Origin: Sedimentisphaerales bacterium | GTDB taxonomy: Bacteria > Planctomycetota > Phycisphaerae > Sedimentisphaerales > SM23-30 | Assembly: GCA_963666285.1 (NCBI GenBank) | Contig: OY762711.1 | Reading direction: 5' to 3' (one strand) | Length of the DNA: 64,000 nt | In this document: positions 28,912-38,665 of the stretch, piece after piece | Layout of the letters: each line of letters opens with the position of its first letter | Position numbering within the stretch: the stretch's first letter is position 1 | Position numbers and translations under genes: made by a program | Notes under the pieces: generated by a model | The model's input: only the letters and a program-made list of their open reading frames with translations | Database searches by the model: none | What the model was told of the DNA's origin: nothing

Positions 28912-31575
28912 ATGGTAAAGAAAGAACTTACATTAAAGGATAGATTGTCAAGGCTTACTTATACCCAGGCGTGTAAATTGCTGGGCGAAAATGGTAGTAA
29001 GCTTATAATGCAGGGTGGAAAGTTTCAGTACAAAAATCTGGATGATATAGTGTATCTGGGTGATGATCTTTTTCGGCTGAATGTGGATGGTGTAGTTGTT
29101 ACTATAACTCTGATGGCAGAAGCTCGCAACAGGTTACATTACAACTGTAATAAATGTAATAGAGTTTGTGAACATGTTGGGGCTGCTTTTTCATTGATTT
29201 TAGAGGAAAAGACATTGCTTGGTCTCGCGAAGCCGCCGGTTAAAAGGGTACCTATTGAAAGCTTAAATGAAACCGAATTGGTAGATATTGCTCTGGAGGA
29301 AAGAGCAGAGCGGGCCAGGACTGAGCGTATGGTGGTAAAAAGCATCAATCCGAAAGTCTTATGGACAGATTATGTTGTAACCAATTCATTATCCGGCAAG
29401 AGTTATCGGGTAGCCTTGCGTGGCTTGGAACGTGGTGATTCGTATTGCAGTTGTCCAGATTTCAGGAAGAATACTCTTGGTACATGCAAACATATAATGA
29501 ATGTGCAGCGTAAGATGGAAAAGAAATTTACTTCTGTTACCAGAAAAAAGGCCTATAAGCAAAAAGTTTTTGCAGTCCATATTTTGTATGGAAAAACATT
29601 GGAATTGAGGTTGCTTGTTCCACAGAATATAGATAGTGATATCAAAAAGATAATCAAACCTGTCAATCAAAAAGCTATTACTGATATTTCAAAGTTGTTA
29701 AATATTGTCCGTAAACTTGAACTATTGGGCCATGGTGTGATCATTTATCCTGATGCAGAAGAATATATTGAGTTCCAACTACATCAAATGCGTATTGATA
29801 AGTTGGTGAATGGGATCAGGAAATCCCCGGCAAAACATCCGCTACGAAAAAGTCTGTTAAAAGCAGAATTACTACCCTATCAGCTTGATGGTATTGCATT
29901 TGCGACTGGTGCCGGACGAGCTGTCCTTGCTGATGATATGGGGCTTGGTAAGACCATTCAGGGTATTGGAGTTGCCGAACTGATGGCACAAGAGTCTGGC
30001 GTTAAAAAGGTTCTGGTGGTGTGTCCAACGTCTCTTAAGGCCCAGTGGCGAAGCGAGATTCATCGTTTCAGTGACAGAGACTGTCAGCTTATCTTAGGCA
30101 GTGTCCCGGAGAGAGTTGGGCAATATGATAATCAATGCTTCTTTACAATATGTAATTACGAACAGGTGTTACGTGATATAAAATCTATAGAATCTGTTAG
30201 GTGGGATTTAATAATTCTTGATGAAGGGCAACGCATAAAGAACTGGGAAGCCAAAACATCTCAAACTGTAAAGGCTTTACGAAGTAAGTATGCATTGGTT
30301 CTGTCAGGCACGCCATTGGAGAACAAATTGGATGATCTGTTTTCTGTTGTTGAGTTTGTGGATGATCGCCGCCTTGGTCCATCATTTCGTTTTTTTAATA
30401 CTCATAGAATTGTCGATGAGAAGGGAAAAGTTCTAGGGTACAAAAAACTTGATAAACTCAGGGAAAAACTTTCTCCTATTCTGCTTCGTCGGACCAGGGA
30501 TAAGGTAATGAAGCAATTGCCGCCCCGAATTGACGAGGTAATCAGAATTGCACCAACAGATGAGCAATTTGAGATTAATCGGTCTCAAAAGATGGTTATT
30601 CAATCTATTATCAATAAAAAGTATTTTTCTGAGATGGATTTGCTCAGGTTACAAAAAGCATTGCTTCTATGCCGGATGGCTGCTGATAGTACATATCTTG
30701 TTGATAAGCAGGAGCCAGGCTATTCTTCTAAACTTAAGTATCTGAGTGAGTTGTTTGCAGAGTTGAATGCAGAAAATAACCGCAAAATAGTATTGTTTTC
30801 AGAATGGACTACAATGCTGGATTTGATTGAACCGATTCTTGAAGCTAATGATATGGGTTTTGTGCGTCTTGATGGAAAAGTTCCTCAAAAGAAACGTGAT
30901 ATGCTAGTGCAGAAGTTTAGAAAGGATCCAGAATGTAAAGTATTTTTAACAACAAATGCAGGATCAACGGGATTAAATTTACAGGTTGCAAATACTGTTA
31001 TTAATGTAGATTTGCCATGGAATCCGGCGGTTTTGGAGCAGCGTATTGCACGTGCCCATCGTATGGGCCAAAAGAACCCGGTTCAGGTATATATTCTGGT
31101 TACTGAGCAAACCATTGAAGAAGGTATGCTTGGTACTCTTGCTTCTAAAAAAGAAGTAGCTCTTGCTTCACTTGATATGAATAGTGATGTAAAAGAAGTT
31201 AATATGGCAAGTGGTGCAGAGGCGTTAAAACGCAAGCTTGAAATCCTGCTTGGTCGTTCCGAAGATGTCCCATTAGATGAAAGTGAACTTGCTCGCCAGG
31301 GATCTATGGTTGAAATAGCAGAGAAAAAGGAAAAGGTTGCGGTTGCCGCTGGTGAAATGTTTACTTCTGCGTTTACTTTTTTGGGCGAAATTATGCCTGT
31401 GCAGCCCGATGATAATATTATGCAGCAGAAAAAAGAAATGATAAAAAAACATTTGCTTGATTGTGTAGAAGAAAATGATAATGGGCAAATTGAATTGAAA
31501 TTGAACTTGCCAGGTAAGGCTGCTTTAGATGGAATAGCAGCCGCACTGGCGAAGCTTTCTAGCATTGGGCAGTAG
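28912..31575 (+). CDS. SNF2-family helicase with N-terminal SWIM zinc fingers
   Basis: CNKC...CEH and CSCPDF...CKH; LADDMGLGKT, DEGQRIKN, SGTPLEN, DLPWNP...QRIARAHRMGQ. Confidence 0.93.
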   Translation: MVKKELTLKDRLSRLTYTQACKLLGENGSKLIMQGGKFQYKNLDDIVYLGDDLFRLNVDGVVVTITLMAEARNRLHYNCNKCNRVCEHVGAAFSLILEEKTLLGLAKPPVKRVPIESLNETELVDIALEERAERARTERMVVKSINPKVLWTDYVVTNSLSGKSYRVALRGLERGDSYCSCPDFRKNTLGTCKHIMNVQRKMEKKFTSVTRKKAYKQKVFAVHILYGKTLELRLLVPQNIDSDIKKIIKPVNQKAITDISKLLNIVRKLELLGHGVIIYPDAEEYIEFQLHQMRIDKLVNGIRKSPAKHPLRKSLLKAELLPYQLDGIAFATGAGRAVLADDMGLGKTIQGIGVAELMAQESGVKKVLVVCPTSLKAQWRSEIHRFSDRDCQLILGSVPERVGQYDNQCFFTICNYEQVLRDIKSIESVRWDLIILDEGQRIKNWEAKTSQTVKALRSKYALVLSGTPLENKLDDLFSVVEFVDDRRLGPSFRFFNTHRIVDEKGKVLGYKKLDKLREKLSPILLRRTRDKVMKQLPPRIDEVIRIAPTDEQFEINRSQKMVIQSIINKKYFSEMDLLRLQKALLLCRMAADSTYLVDKQEPGYSSKLKYLSELFAELNAENNRKIVLFSEWTTMLDLIEPILEANDMGFVRLDGKVPQKKRDMLVQKFRKDPECKVFLTTNAGSTGLNLQVANTVINVDLPWNPAVLEQRIARAHRMGQKNPVQVYILVTEQTIEEGMLGTLASKKEVALASLDMNSDVKEVNMASGAEALKRKLEILLGRSEDVPLDESELARQGSMVEIAEKKEKVAVAAGEMFTSAFTFLGEIMPVQPDDNIMQQKKEMIKKHLLDCVEENDNGQIELKLNLPGKAALDGIAAALAKLSSIGQ

Positions 31576-31584
31576 GAGTATGAA

Positions 31585-32091
31585 ATGAACTATAAATATG
31601 ATAATTTGGAAAAGAAGGCGAAAAGGAAAGAAAAAGAAAACTGGGAATTTCGCAGTTTTCTGAAGTTTTATGACGGCATGTCTGACGGGGAAATAGATAA
31701 GCTTGTATCTGAAATAACGGACCAGGTTTGGTCATCAATAGATTGCACCGAATGCGGACGATGTTGTATCGGGCTTAAGCCTACACTTTCTGAAGATGAT
31801 CAGAAGCGTCTAGCTGCTAAACTTGAAATTACAATTGATGAATTAAGAGATCAGTATCTGGTTTATAATGACGATGAGTATGAGTCAGGCTGGGAGGTCA
31901 AGGAATCGCCGTGTCCATTTCTTCAGGAAGACAAATGTACTGTTTATGATTCTCGACCGGATGATTGCCGTGGTTATCCTTATCTTTATGAATCGGATTT
32001 TATTTCCAGAACAATGGGAATGATTGGGAGAACATTTACTTGCCCAATTGTTTACAAGGTGATAGAAGTGCTTAAAAAGCGAGTAAAATAG
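31585..32091 (+). CDS. YkgJ-family cysteine-cluster protein
   Basis: CTECGRCC, PCPFL...CTVYDSRPDDCRGYP. Confidence 0.9.
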   Translation: MNYKYDNLEKKAKRKEKENWEFRSFLKFYDGMSDGEIDKLVSEITDQVWSSIDCTECGRCCIGLKPTLSEDDQKRLAAKLEITIDELRDQYLVYNDDEYESGWEVKESPCPFLQEDKCTVYDSRPDDCRGYPYLYESDFISRTMGMIGRTFTCPIVYKVIEVLKKRVK

Positions 32092-32794
32092 ATAATAAGT
32101 GGCACTTTTTCTGGCAATTTGGCTTCAAAAATATGGTCACCGAGTGGTCAGTCGCCATATGTTAGTGGCTGTATAAGCTGTAATTGGCATTTATTCAGCC
32201 TAATGCTAATGTCAGTGTTTTAAATGGTTTAGTAAAAGTTGACTAAAATTTTATATGAAGAAGGTATGGTTTGAGCCAGGCAATTTTATATTTGTATGTT
32301 CTTTGTAAGTTAAATATTACAATCTGCGTGTACTAGTGCTGTTTAGATAAGCTTTTTGTTATCCAAATATTGAAAAATTATGAGCTTGTATGAGATTAGC
32401 TTCGATTGATTATTTTATTGGAGTGGTGTACATTTAAGCGAAAGGTTACTATCGTAAAGTAAGCTTATCAATATAGAGCCAATCCATGCACTAGGTTTGT
32501 AATTGTCGATTTCAGCCATTTTATGTTGCCTGTGATATATATGCATTGTTTCATTATATCACCGGCGATCAAATCGCGTAATAGGCAAAAAATATCCGAA
32601 TGTGATTGTTTGTATTTTTAACAGTATGCAACTGGTATTATTCAGGTATCTCAAGTGTTGAATTGAGTGTTTAAGGGAGATTTCTATTGGGTTGTATGGT
32701 CTTTTGGGAATTTGTTTATCTGTTGTAAATGGCTTAAAAATCTATCTTTATGGCTCTATTTGTATTTTTATATGAAAATAATTTGATAACCAGT

Positions 32795-32833
32795 TTGACA
32801 TGTACGTACAGGTGTGGTATAGTTGTACGTACA
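32795..32833 (+). promoter_or_regulatory. Sigma70 promoter with two AraR-like TGTACGTACA operators
   Basis: TTGACA 32795-32800, 17 bp spacer, TATAGT 32818-32823; TGTACGTACA at 32801 and 32824. Confidence 0.85.
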
Positions 32834-32873
32834 GTAGTTGATGGGTATAATTTGTATTGATTGGATGGAAATA

Positions 32874-34004
32874 ATGGATACAAGAAAGCTAAAATCTGAT
32901 ATCGAAAATTTACCTGCCTCTCTGCCGAAGTGGCAAGCAGTTAAGGAATATATAATTTCATGTATTTCTTCAGGTCAATATTCACAGACAGAGGCATTGC
33001 CCAGTGAGAACAGTATTTGTGCCGATACCGGTTTGTCAAGGAGCACAGTGAGGCAGGCCTTTGATGTTTTGGAGAAGGAAGGTTATGTTTACCGGGTAAA
33101 AGGGAAGGGTACTTTTCCGGCTGATTATTCTGAATCAACTAAAAAGCAGAAAAGGCAGATTTTCAGTCTTGTAGTTCAGGATATGAGAAGAAGTTTATTC
33201 CCTTCTCTTGCCAATGGTTTTGATTCTTATCTTTCTGAAGTAAATATGCAAACATTGATCTGTGATTCAGGTAATGATGTTTTAAAGCAGGGTAATATTA
33301 TCCTGCAATTGCTTCATCGAAATGTTGATGGCATTGCCTTGTTGCCTGTATTAGGAGATAAGACACCGGCTTTCCAGGTACAGATTCTGATAGATAGCGG
33401 TGTTCCGGTAGTGTTGTGTCATCGTGGAATAGAAGGTGTTGATGCGCCGTTGTTGACCTGGGACAAGGTTGAGGTCGGTATGCTTGCCGGTAAATATTTA
33501 CTGGAAAGAGGGCATAAGGATATAGCATATTTTGGCATATTTAAATATGAAGTTCCTGAATCGCATGTTTTAGGTTTAAGAGATGTTTTTAATAAAGCTA
33601 ATATAGAAATACCAAAGCGGCGAGTAATATACGGTCCCATGAATGATGGAATGGAAGGCGACATTTTGCGTGAGCGCAGGTTAGCGGAACTTCTGCTGTC
33701 TGATGATAAGCCTACTGCTATTGTATGTAGTGATGATACGGAAGCTGAGAGAGTTTTCTGGCTGGCATATCGGATGGGTATAAAAGTTCCAGATGACCTT
33801 TCAATAGTTGGATTTGGAGATAGTTATCGAAATTCGATATTCAGAAAGATGCTTTGTTCAGTGACAATCGATGAGTTTCAGCTAGGAAATACAGCCGCAA
33901 AGCTTCTTTCTGATATGAGTCATTCAGGTGATCTAAATCAGTTTAATTCAATACCAAATATGAGTTTGCGAATGCATGAAGGCACAACTGTTTCCTCGTT
34001 ATAA
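32874..34004 (+). CDS. GntR-HTH / LacI-type ligand-binding regulator (AraR-like architecture)
   Basis: LPSE...SRSTVRQA...GKGTF plus periplasmic-binding fold (PTAIVC, VPDDLSIVGF). Confidence 0.92.
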   Translation: MDTRKLKSDIENLPASLPKWQAVKEYIISCISSGQYSQTEALPSENSICADTGLSRSTVRQAFDVLEKEGYVYRVKGKGTFPADYSESTKKQKRQIFSLVVQDMRRSLFPSLANGFDSYLSEVNMQTLICDSGNDVLKQGNIILQLLHRNVDGIALLPVLGDKTPAFQVQILIDSGVPVVLCHRGIEGVDAPLLTWDKVEVGMLAGKYLLERGHKDIAYFGIFKYEVPESHVLGLRDVFNKANIEIPKRRVIYGPMNDGMEGDILRERRLAELLLSDDKPTAIVCSDDTEAERVFWLAYRMGIKVPDDLSIVGFGDSYRNSIFRKMLCSVTIDEFQLGNTAAKLLSDMSHSGDLNQFNSIPNMSLRMHEGTTVSSL

Positions 34005-34022
34005 TTGTCAATATTTATGTTA

Positions 34023-34219
34023 ACTTTCGTAGTTTTTAAGTTGCACAAATCGCTCCAAAGGGCCTTACTGCAGCACTTTGAATTTTAGCCTGAAAACACA
34101 ATTAAATATAAAGACAACCTCTAAAGTTTTTCATTCACATGGCCCTGTTCCGGTCTTTGCGTGTAATGTAGAACGGTCAAAAGTGCGCCATGCATATAAT
34201 GCGAAGCAGAAACTGCACT
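34023..34219 (+). repeat. Dispersed ~200 bp element, copy 3
   Basis: ACTTTCGTAGTTTTTAAGTTGCA...GGCCCTGTTCCGGTCTTTGCGTGTAATGTAGAACGGTCAAAAGTGCG...AAACTGCAC. Confidence 0.9.
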
Positions 34220-34291
34220 TTATTGCAGTATTAAATTTTTTGTTTGATTTATAATTCTGTTAGATAATACAGTTTTAAAACAAGGAAAGTC

Positions 34292-36856
34292 ATGAAAAAA
34301 ACAGCTCTTATAATATCACTGATCTATTTCTGCATGTGTAATTTATGTTTTGCATCTGCAGAAATAATTGATTGGTCCTGTCTTGACCAATTACCACCGG
34401 TTGGTGCCGAGCAGGAGGCGTTGGGTGTCGCTGCGCCGTTTGCCGGAGTTTCAAATGGAGCTATCATTATTGCCGGAGGTGCATATTTTCCTAAGCCTTT
34501 TTGGGAATCAGAGAAGACCTGGGTTGATGATGTCTGGGTGTTAGATAATTATGATAACGAACAGCGTGAGTGGATTCAATGCAAACCGCTTGTCAGGCCG
34601 GCGGCGTATGGTGTATCTGTAACTACGCCCTTCGGCCTGGTGTGTGTGGGTGGAAAAGATGCCGAAAACGTATTTCCTGATTCGTTTCTTTTGAAGTGGG
34701 ATTCAGCTCTCAAAATAGTAGTGAGAAAAGAATTACCGGTCTACCCGTCTGGCTGTGCAGATTCCGCAGGAGTTTATTTTGATGGTAAATTATATATTGC
34801 AGGCGGAATCACTTCATTAAAAACAGGTAAAGGAACCAATTCTCTTTTTATGCTTGATTTAAGCACGGATATGGCCGAATGGAAGGAGTTGGCTAATATT
34901 CCCGGAGAGGCTGTTTCCGGCCATATGCTGACGGTTCAGCATAATGGAACTGAAGAATGTATTTACCTGATGGGTGGAACGAAATGGGATTCGGGAGTTG
35001 AGAAAAAGCATGCTAGTAAAGAAGTATATTCATATTTAATATCGTCGAATAAATGGTCACGCAATTCGGATATGCCTGTTACGCTGTCAGCATCGACCTC
35101 CTGTGAGATAGGACAAAGTGGAATTTTTGTGTTTGGTGGAGCCGATGGATCTCTCAGCGGGCAGGCAGATATTTTGAAAGATGCTCACCCGGGATTCCTA
35201 AAGACAGTTTATTATTATAATACTATTACAGATAAATGGACAAGTTTTGGCGATATGCCAAAGTGCCATGTTACATCTACCGCAATCAATGCAAATGATA
35301 GTCTTATAATCTTCCCAGGAGAGCTTCGTCCAAGGGTACGCAGTTGTGATATTATGATAGGCAGGTTGAAATCAAATATAATGCCGTTTGGCTGGATAAA
35401 CTTTGCCGCATTAATAATATATCTTTTGGCAATGGTAGCTGTTGGTTTGTATTTTGCTGCAAAAAACAAGAACACTAATGATTATTTCAGGGGCGGTCAA
35501 AAGATCCCATCTGTTGTTGCCGGTCTTAGTATTTTTGCGACATGCTTAAGTTCAATCACTTTTGTGGCAATGCCTGCAAAAGTTTATATGACAGACTGGA
35601 CTTTTTTGCCGATAAACCTTGCGATAGTGGCAGTTACGCCTTTAGTAATATTTTATATTATGCCAAAGTTCAAAAATATAGATATTACAAGTGCATATGA
35701 ATACCTGGAAATACGTTTTAACTTGTTTATTCGCTTGTTTGCCGCATTTTCATTTGTGATATTCCAGATAGGCAGAATGGCTATTGTAATGTTTTTGCCC
35801 GCCCTGGCATTATCTGTAATAACTTCGCTATCAGTAGTTGAATGCATTTTGATTATGGGTATTTTAAGTGTTGTTTATTGTACGGCAGGTGGTCTGGAAG
35901 CGGTTGTCTGGACGGACGCTTTACAGAGTATTGTGCTGCTGGGCGGAGCAGGTTTAAGTTTAGCTCTTATTATCACAAATGTTGATCATAGTTTTTCTGA
36001 GATATGGTCAGGTGTGCAGGCAGACGGAAAGCTCCATGTCGTTAATTGGGATTTTTCAAAAACAAGCATCTATACATCTTCATTCTGGGTAATGGTTGTT
36101 GGCGGATTGGGCCAGGCAATAATTCCATTGGCTTCGGATCAGGCCGTTGTCCAGAGATATTTGTCTGTTTCTGATGTCAGGCAGGCAAGGAAATCTCTTA
36201 TGACCAGTTTGTATGTTTGTGTATTAGCTACATTTATCTTTTTTTGTATTGGTACAGCACTATATGTGTTTTATCAAAGCAAACCTGACCAGATGATACC
36301 AGGATATCAGAATGATACCATATTTCCATTGTTTATCGCAACACAACTACCGGCAGGTATTGCCGGCATAGTTGTCGCCGGTGTCTTTGCTGCTGCTCAA
36401 TCAACAATTTCAACAAGCATGAATAGTATATCTACAGTGATAGTAACCGATTTCATGAGGCGATTTTCACTGCTGAAATCAGAAAGAGCCTATTTTAATG
36501 CGGCTCGAATATGTACTTTTGTGTTTGGAGTAATTGGGACACTAATGGCTGTTTTGATTGCTTCTGCGGATGTGAAGTCTCTCTGGGAGTCTTTTATGTC
36601 GGTATTAGGATTGTTTGGCGGGACAATGTGCGGTCTGTTTATGCTTGGAATGTTTGCCAGGCGGGTAGGTGGTGTTGCTTCTATTATTGGTGCTATTGTA
36701 AGTGTTGCTGTTGTTTTTTATGTGAAGAGTTATACCAAGGTTAGTTTTCTTTTATATGCTACAATTAGTATATTAGTATGTTATGTTGTCGGTTATATCA
36801 GTAGTTTTCTGGTACCGGAAAAAGTTAATATTATTGAGAATGAGGTTGCAGAATGA
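34292..36856 (+). CDS. Kelch (NanM-like mutarotase) domain fused to sodium:solute symporter (SiaT-like)
   Basis: Signal peptide; Kelch GG repeats (IIIAGG, LYIAGG, IYLMGG) and GELRPRVRS; then DYFRGG, SAYEYLEIRF, GGLEAVVWTD, DQAVVQRY, FAAAQSTISTS. Confidence 0.9.
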   Translation: MKKTALIISLIYFCMCNLCFASAEIIDWSCLDQLPPVGAEQEALGVAAPFAGVSNGAIIIAGGAYFPKPFWESEKTWVDDVWVLDNYDNEQREWIQCKPLVRPAAYGVSVTTPFGLVCVGGKDAENVFPDSFLLKWDSALKIVVRKELPVYPSGCADSAGVYFDGKLYIAGGITSLKTGKGTNSLFMLDLSTDMAEWKELANIPGEAVSGHMLTVQHNGTEECIYLMGGTKWDSGVEKKHASKEVYSYLISSNKWSRNSDMPVTLSASTSCEIGQSGIFVFGGADGSLSGQADILKDAHPGFLKTVYYYNTITDKWTSFGDMPKCHVTSTAINANDSLIIFPGELRPRVRSCDIMIGRLKSNIMPFGWINFAALIIYLLAMVAVGLYFAAKNKNTNDYFRGGQKIPSVVAGLSIFATCLSSITFVAMPAKVYMTDWTFLPINLAIVAVTPLVIFYIMPKFKNIDITSAYEYLEIRFNLFIRLFAAFSFVIFQIGRMAIVMFLPALALSVITSLSVVECILIMGILSVVYCTAGGLEAVVWTDALQSIVLLGGAGLSLALIITNVDHSFSEIWSGVQADGKLHVVNWDFSKTSIYTSSFWVMVVGGLGQAIIPLASDQAVVQRYLSVSDVRQARKSLMTSLYVCVLATFIFFCIGTALYVFYQSKPDQMIPGYQNDTIFPLFIATQLPAGIAGIVVAGVFAAAQSTISTSMNSISTVIVTDFMRRFSLLKSERAYFNAARICTFVFGVIGTLMAVLIASADVKSLWESFMSVLGLFGGTMCGLFMLGMFARRVGGVASIIGAIVSVAVVFYVKSYTKVSFLLYATISILVCYVVGYISSFLVPEKVNIIENEVAE

Positions 36857-38463
36857 TGTCATATGGATATTTAAAAGGATTATTAATTACATTTCTGTTG
36901 ATACTGTTATCATTTACAGCTTTTGCTGATGCTAAGGTTGAAGTAAAATCTCCGATGTTGCCAATTTTGATAAATCGTCCGGTCAATATGGTTCTGGAGA
37001 TATGGATAGAAGGACCGGCCTGCCTTGATGAAATTGTGTTGAATTCAAAAGGAACTACCTGTACTGAACATATTGAATCAGTTTCTGTTTATTATACAGG
37101 CAGGGCTTCATTGAAGAAAATAGTGAAAACAGACCAGGGGGCGATTTTTGCAAAAGCTGAAAATATATCAGGAAAAACTATTCTTAATGGATCTATGGAA
37201 GTTGGTCCGGGCAAGCATTGTTTTGCGGTATCGTATAGTCTCTCATCTGATACTGATTTGTTAGAGAAATTTCAGGTACATTGTGAATCTGTTACCGTTA
37301 GTGGAGTAAAAAACAATGTATCCAGCAGCGGTATTTCCCTGAAACCGGCTGTATCTGTCCGGGATTGTGGTGATGATGGCTGTCTCGGTTACAGAATTCC
37401 AAGTCTGGTAACAACTAATAACGGAACTCTGCTGGCAACTTATGATATTCGCTGGGACAGTCGTCGCGATCTTCAGGGTGACATGGATATAGGTTTGAGT
37501 CGAAGTGTTGATGGCGGCAAAACCTGGCAGCCAATGCAGCGAATAATCGATATTGGCTGCTATGGCAATCTTCCTCAAAAATTTAATGGAGTAAGTGATG
37601 CCGGTTTGCTGGTGGATAAAAATAGCGGAGATATTTTTTGTTTTGGCTTGTGGATGCATGGAATAAGAGATAAAGAGTGTCAATTTAAAGAGAATCTGAA
37701 AGAAGATTCCAAAGACTGGCAGCATCAATGGAAAGGCACTGGTTCCTGTCCCGGGATGACTCCGCGTGAAACCTGTCAATTTATGATGGTGAAAAGTTCT
37801 GATGATGGTAAAACATGGTCAGAGCCGCGTAATATGACAAGTGAGATTAAAGATCCGGATTGGATCCTTTTGGCTCCATCGCCCGGTTGCGGTATCACCC
37901 TGGCCGATGGTACTATCGTGGCTTCGGTGCAGGGCCGTAAGGATAATTATGGTTTTTCGACAGTAATCTATAGTAAAGATCATGGAGATACCTGGAGTAT
38001 AGGAAAATCACTCGAGCCTGATCTGGGCGAAAGTGGAATTGCTCAGTTGGCCGATGGGGCGATTATGATGAACGGTAGAACGCCGAGAGAATATGTGTAT
38101 AGAGCTGTGATTACAACTTCGGATCTGGGTAACAGTTGGGAGCGTCATCCTACTGATATGAAGGCACTTGTTGAGCCGTCCTGCATGGGTAGTTTTATCA
38201 AATATGATTATAAGGTAGATGGAAATGATGTTTTATTGTTTTCATGTCCTGACTCACAGCAGCGTCGCGAGTGTATGACAATATATGCTTCATTAGATCA
38301 GGGTAATACATGGTCAGAAAATAATCGTATTATGATTGATTCTTATGGAGGAGCTTACTCCTGCCTAACTACTGTCAAGGAAGGGGTAATAGGTATATTT
38401 TATGAGAGCAGCCAGGCAGACTTGATATTTCAGCAGGTAAGTATTGATGATATCGTTGACTAA
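36856..38463 (+). CDS. Secreted GH33 sialidase-family enzyme
   Basis: YRIP motif; five Asp-boxes (SVDGGKTW, SSDDGKTW, SKDHGDTW, TSDLGNSW, SLDQGNTW); AYSCL...YE. Confidence 0.92.
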   Translation: MSYGYLKGLLITFLLILLSFTAFADAKVEVKSPMLPILINRPVNMVLEIWIEGPACLDEIVLNSKGTTCTEHIESVSVYYTGRASLKKIVKTDQGAIFAKAENISGKTILNGSMEVGPGKHCFAVSYSLSSDTDLLEKFQVHCESVTVSGVKNNVSSSGISLKPAVSVRDCGDDGCLGYRIPSLVTTNNGTLLATYDIRWDSRRDLQGDMDIGLSRSVDGGKTWQPMQRIIDIGCYGNLPQKFNGVSDAGLLVDKNSGDIFCFGLWMHGIRDKECQFKENLKEDSKDWQHQWKGTGSCPGMTPRETCQFMMVKSSDDGKTWSEPRNMTSEIKDPDWILLAPSPGCGITLADGTIVASVQGRKDNYGFSTVIYSKDHGDTWSIGKSLEPDLGESGIAQLADGAIMMNGRTPREYVYRAVITTSDLGNSWERHPTDMKALVEPSCMGSFIKYDYKVDGNDVLLFSCPDSQQRRECMTIYASLDQGNTWSENNRIMIDSYGGAYSCLTTVKEGVIGIFYESSQADLIFQQVSIDDIVD

Positions 38464-38605
38464 GGTGTATTAGTTGTTTTTGAATAAATAATTATTGATA
38501 GAAAGGTGGTTTTGTATTGATTGTGCGGATTATAGGACTGAGACGCTATTTATACCGTTTTACACCGTTTATGGGTTGATTTGCATATATTTTTTTGTAA
38601 AATTA

Positions 38606-38621
38606 ACTTGTATAGACAAGT
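38606..38621 (+). promoter_or_regulatory. GntR-type operator palindrome
   Basis: ACTTGTATAGACAAGT, 45 bp upstream of the second GntR gene. Confidence 0.65.
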
Positions 38622-38665
38622 GATTCGTTATTAATGCCGATATCAGGAATATAAAGAGGTTTATT

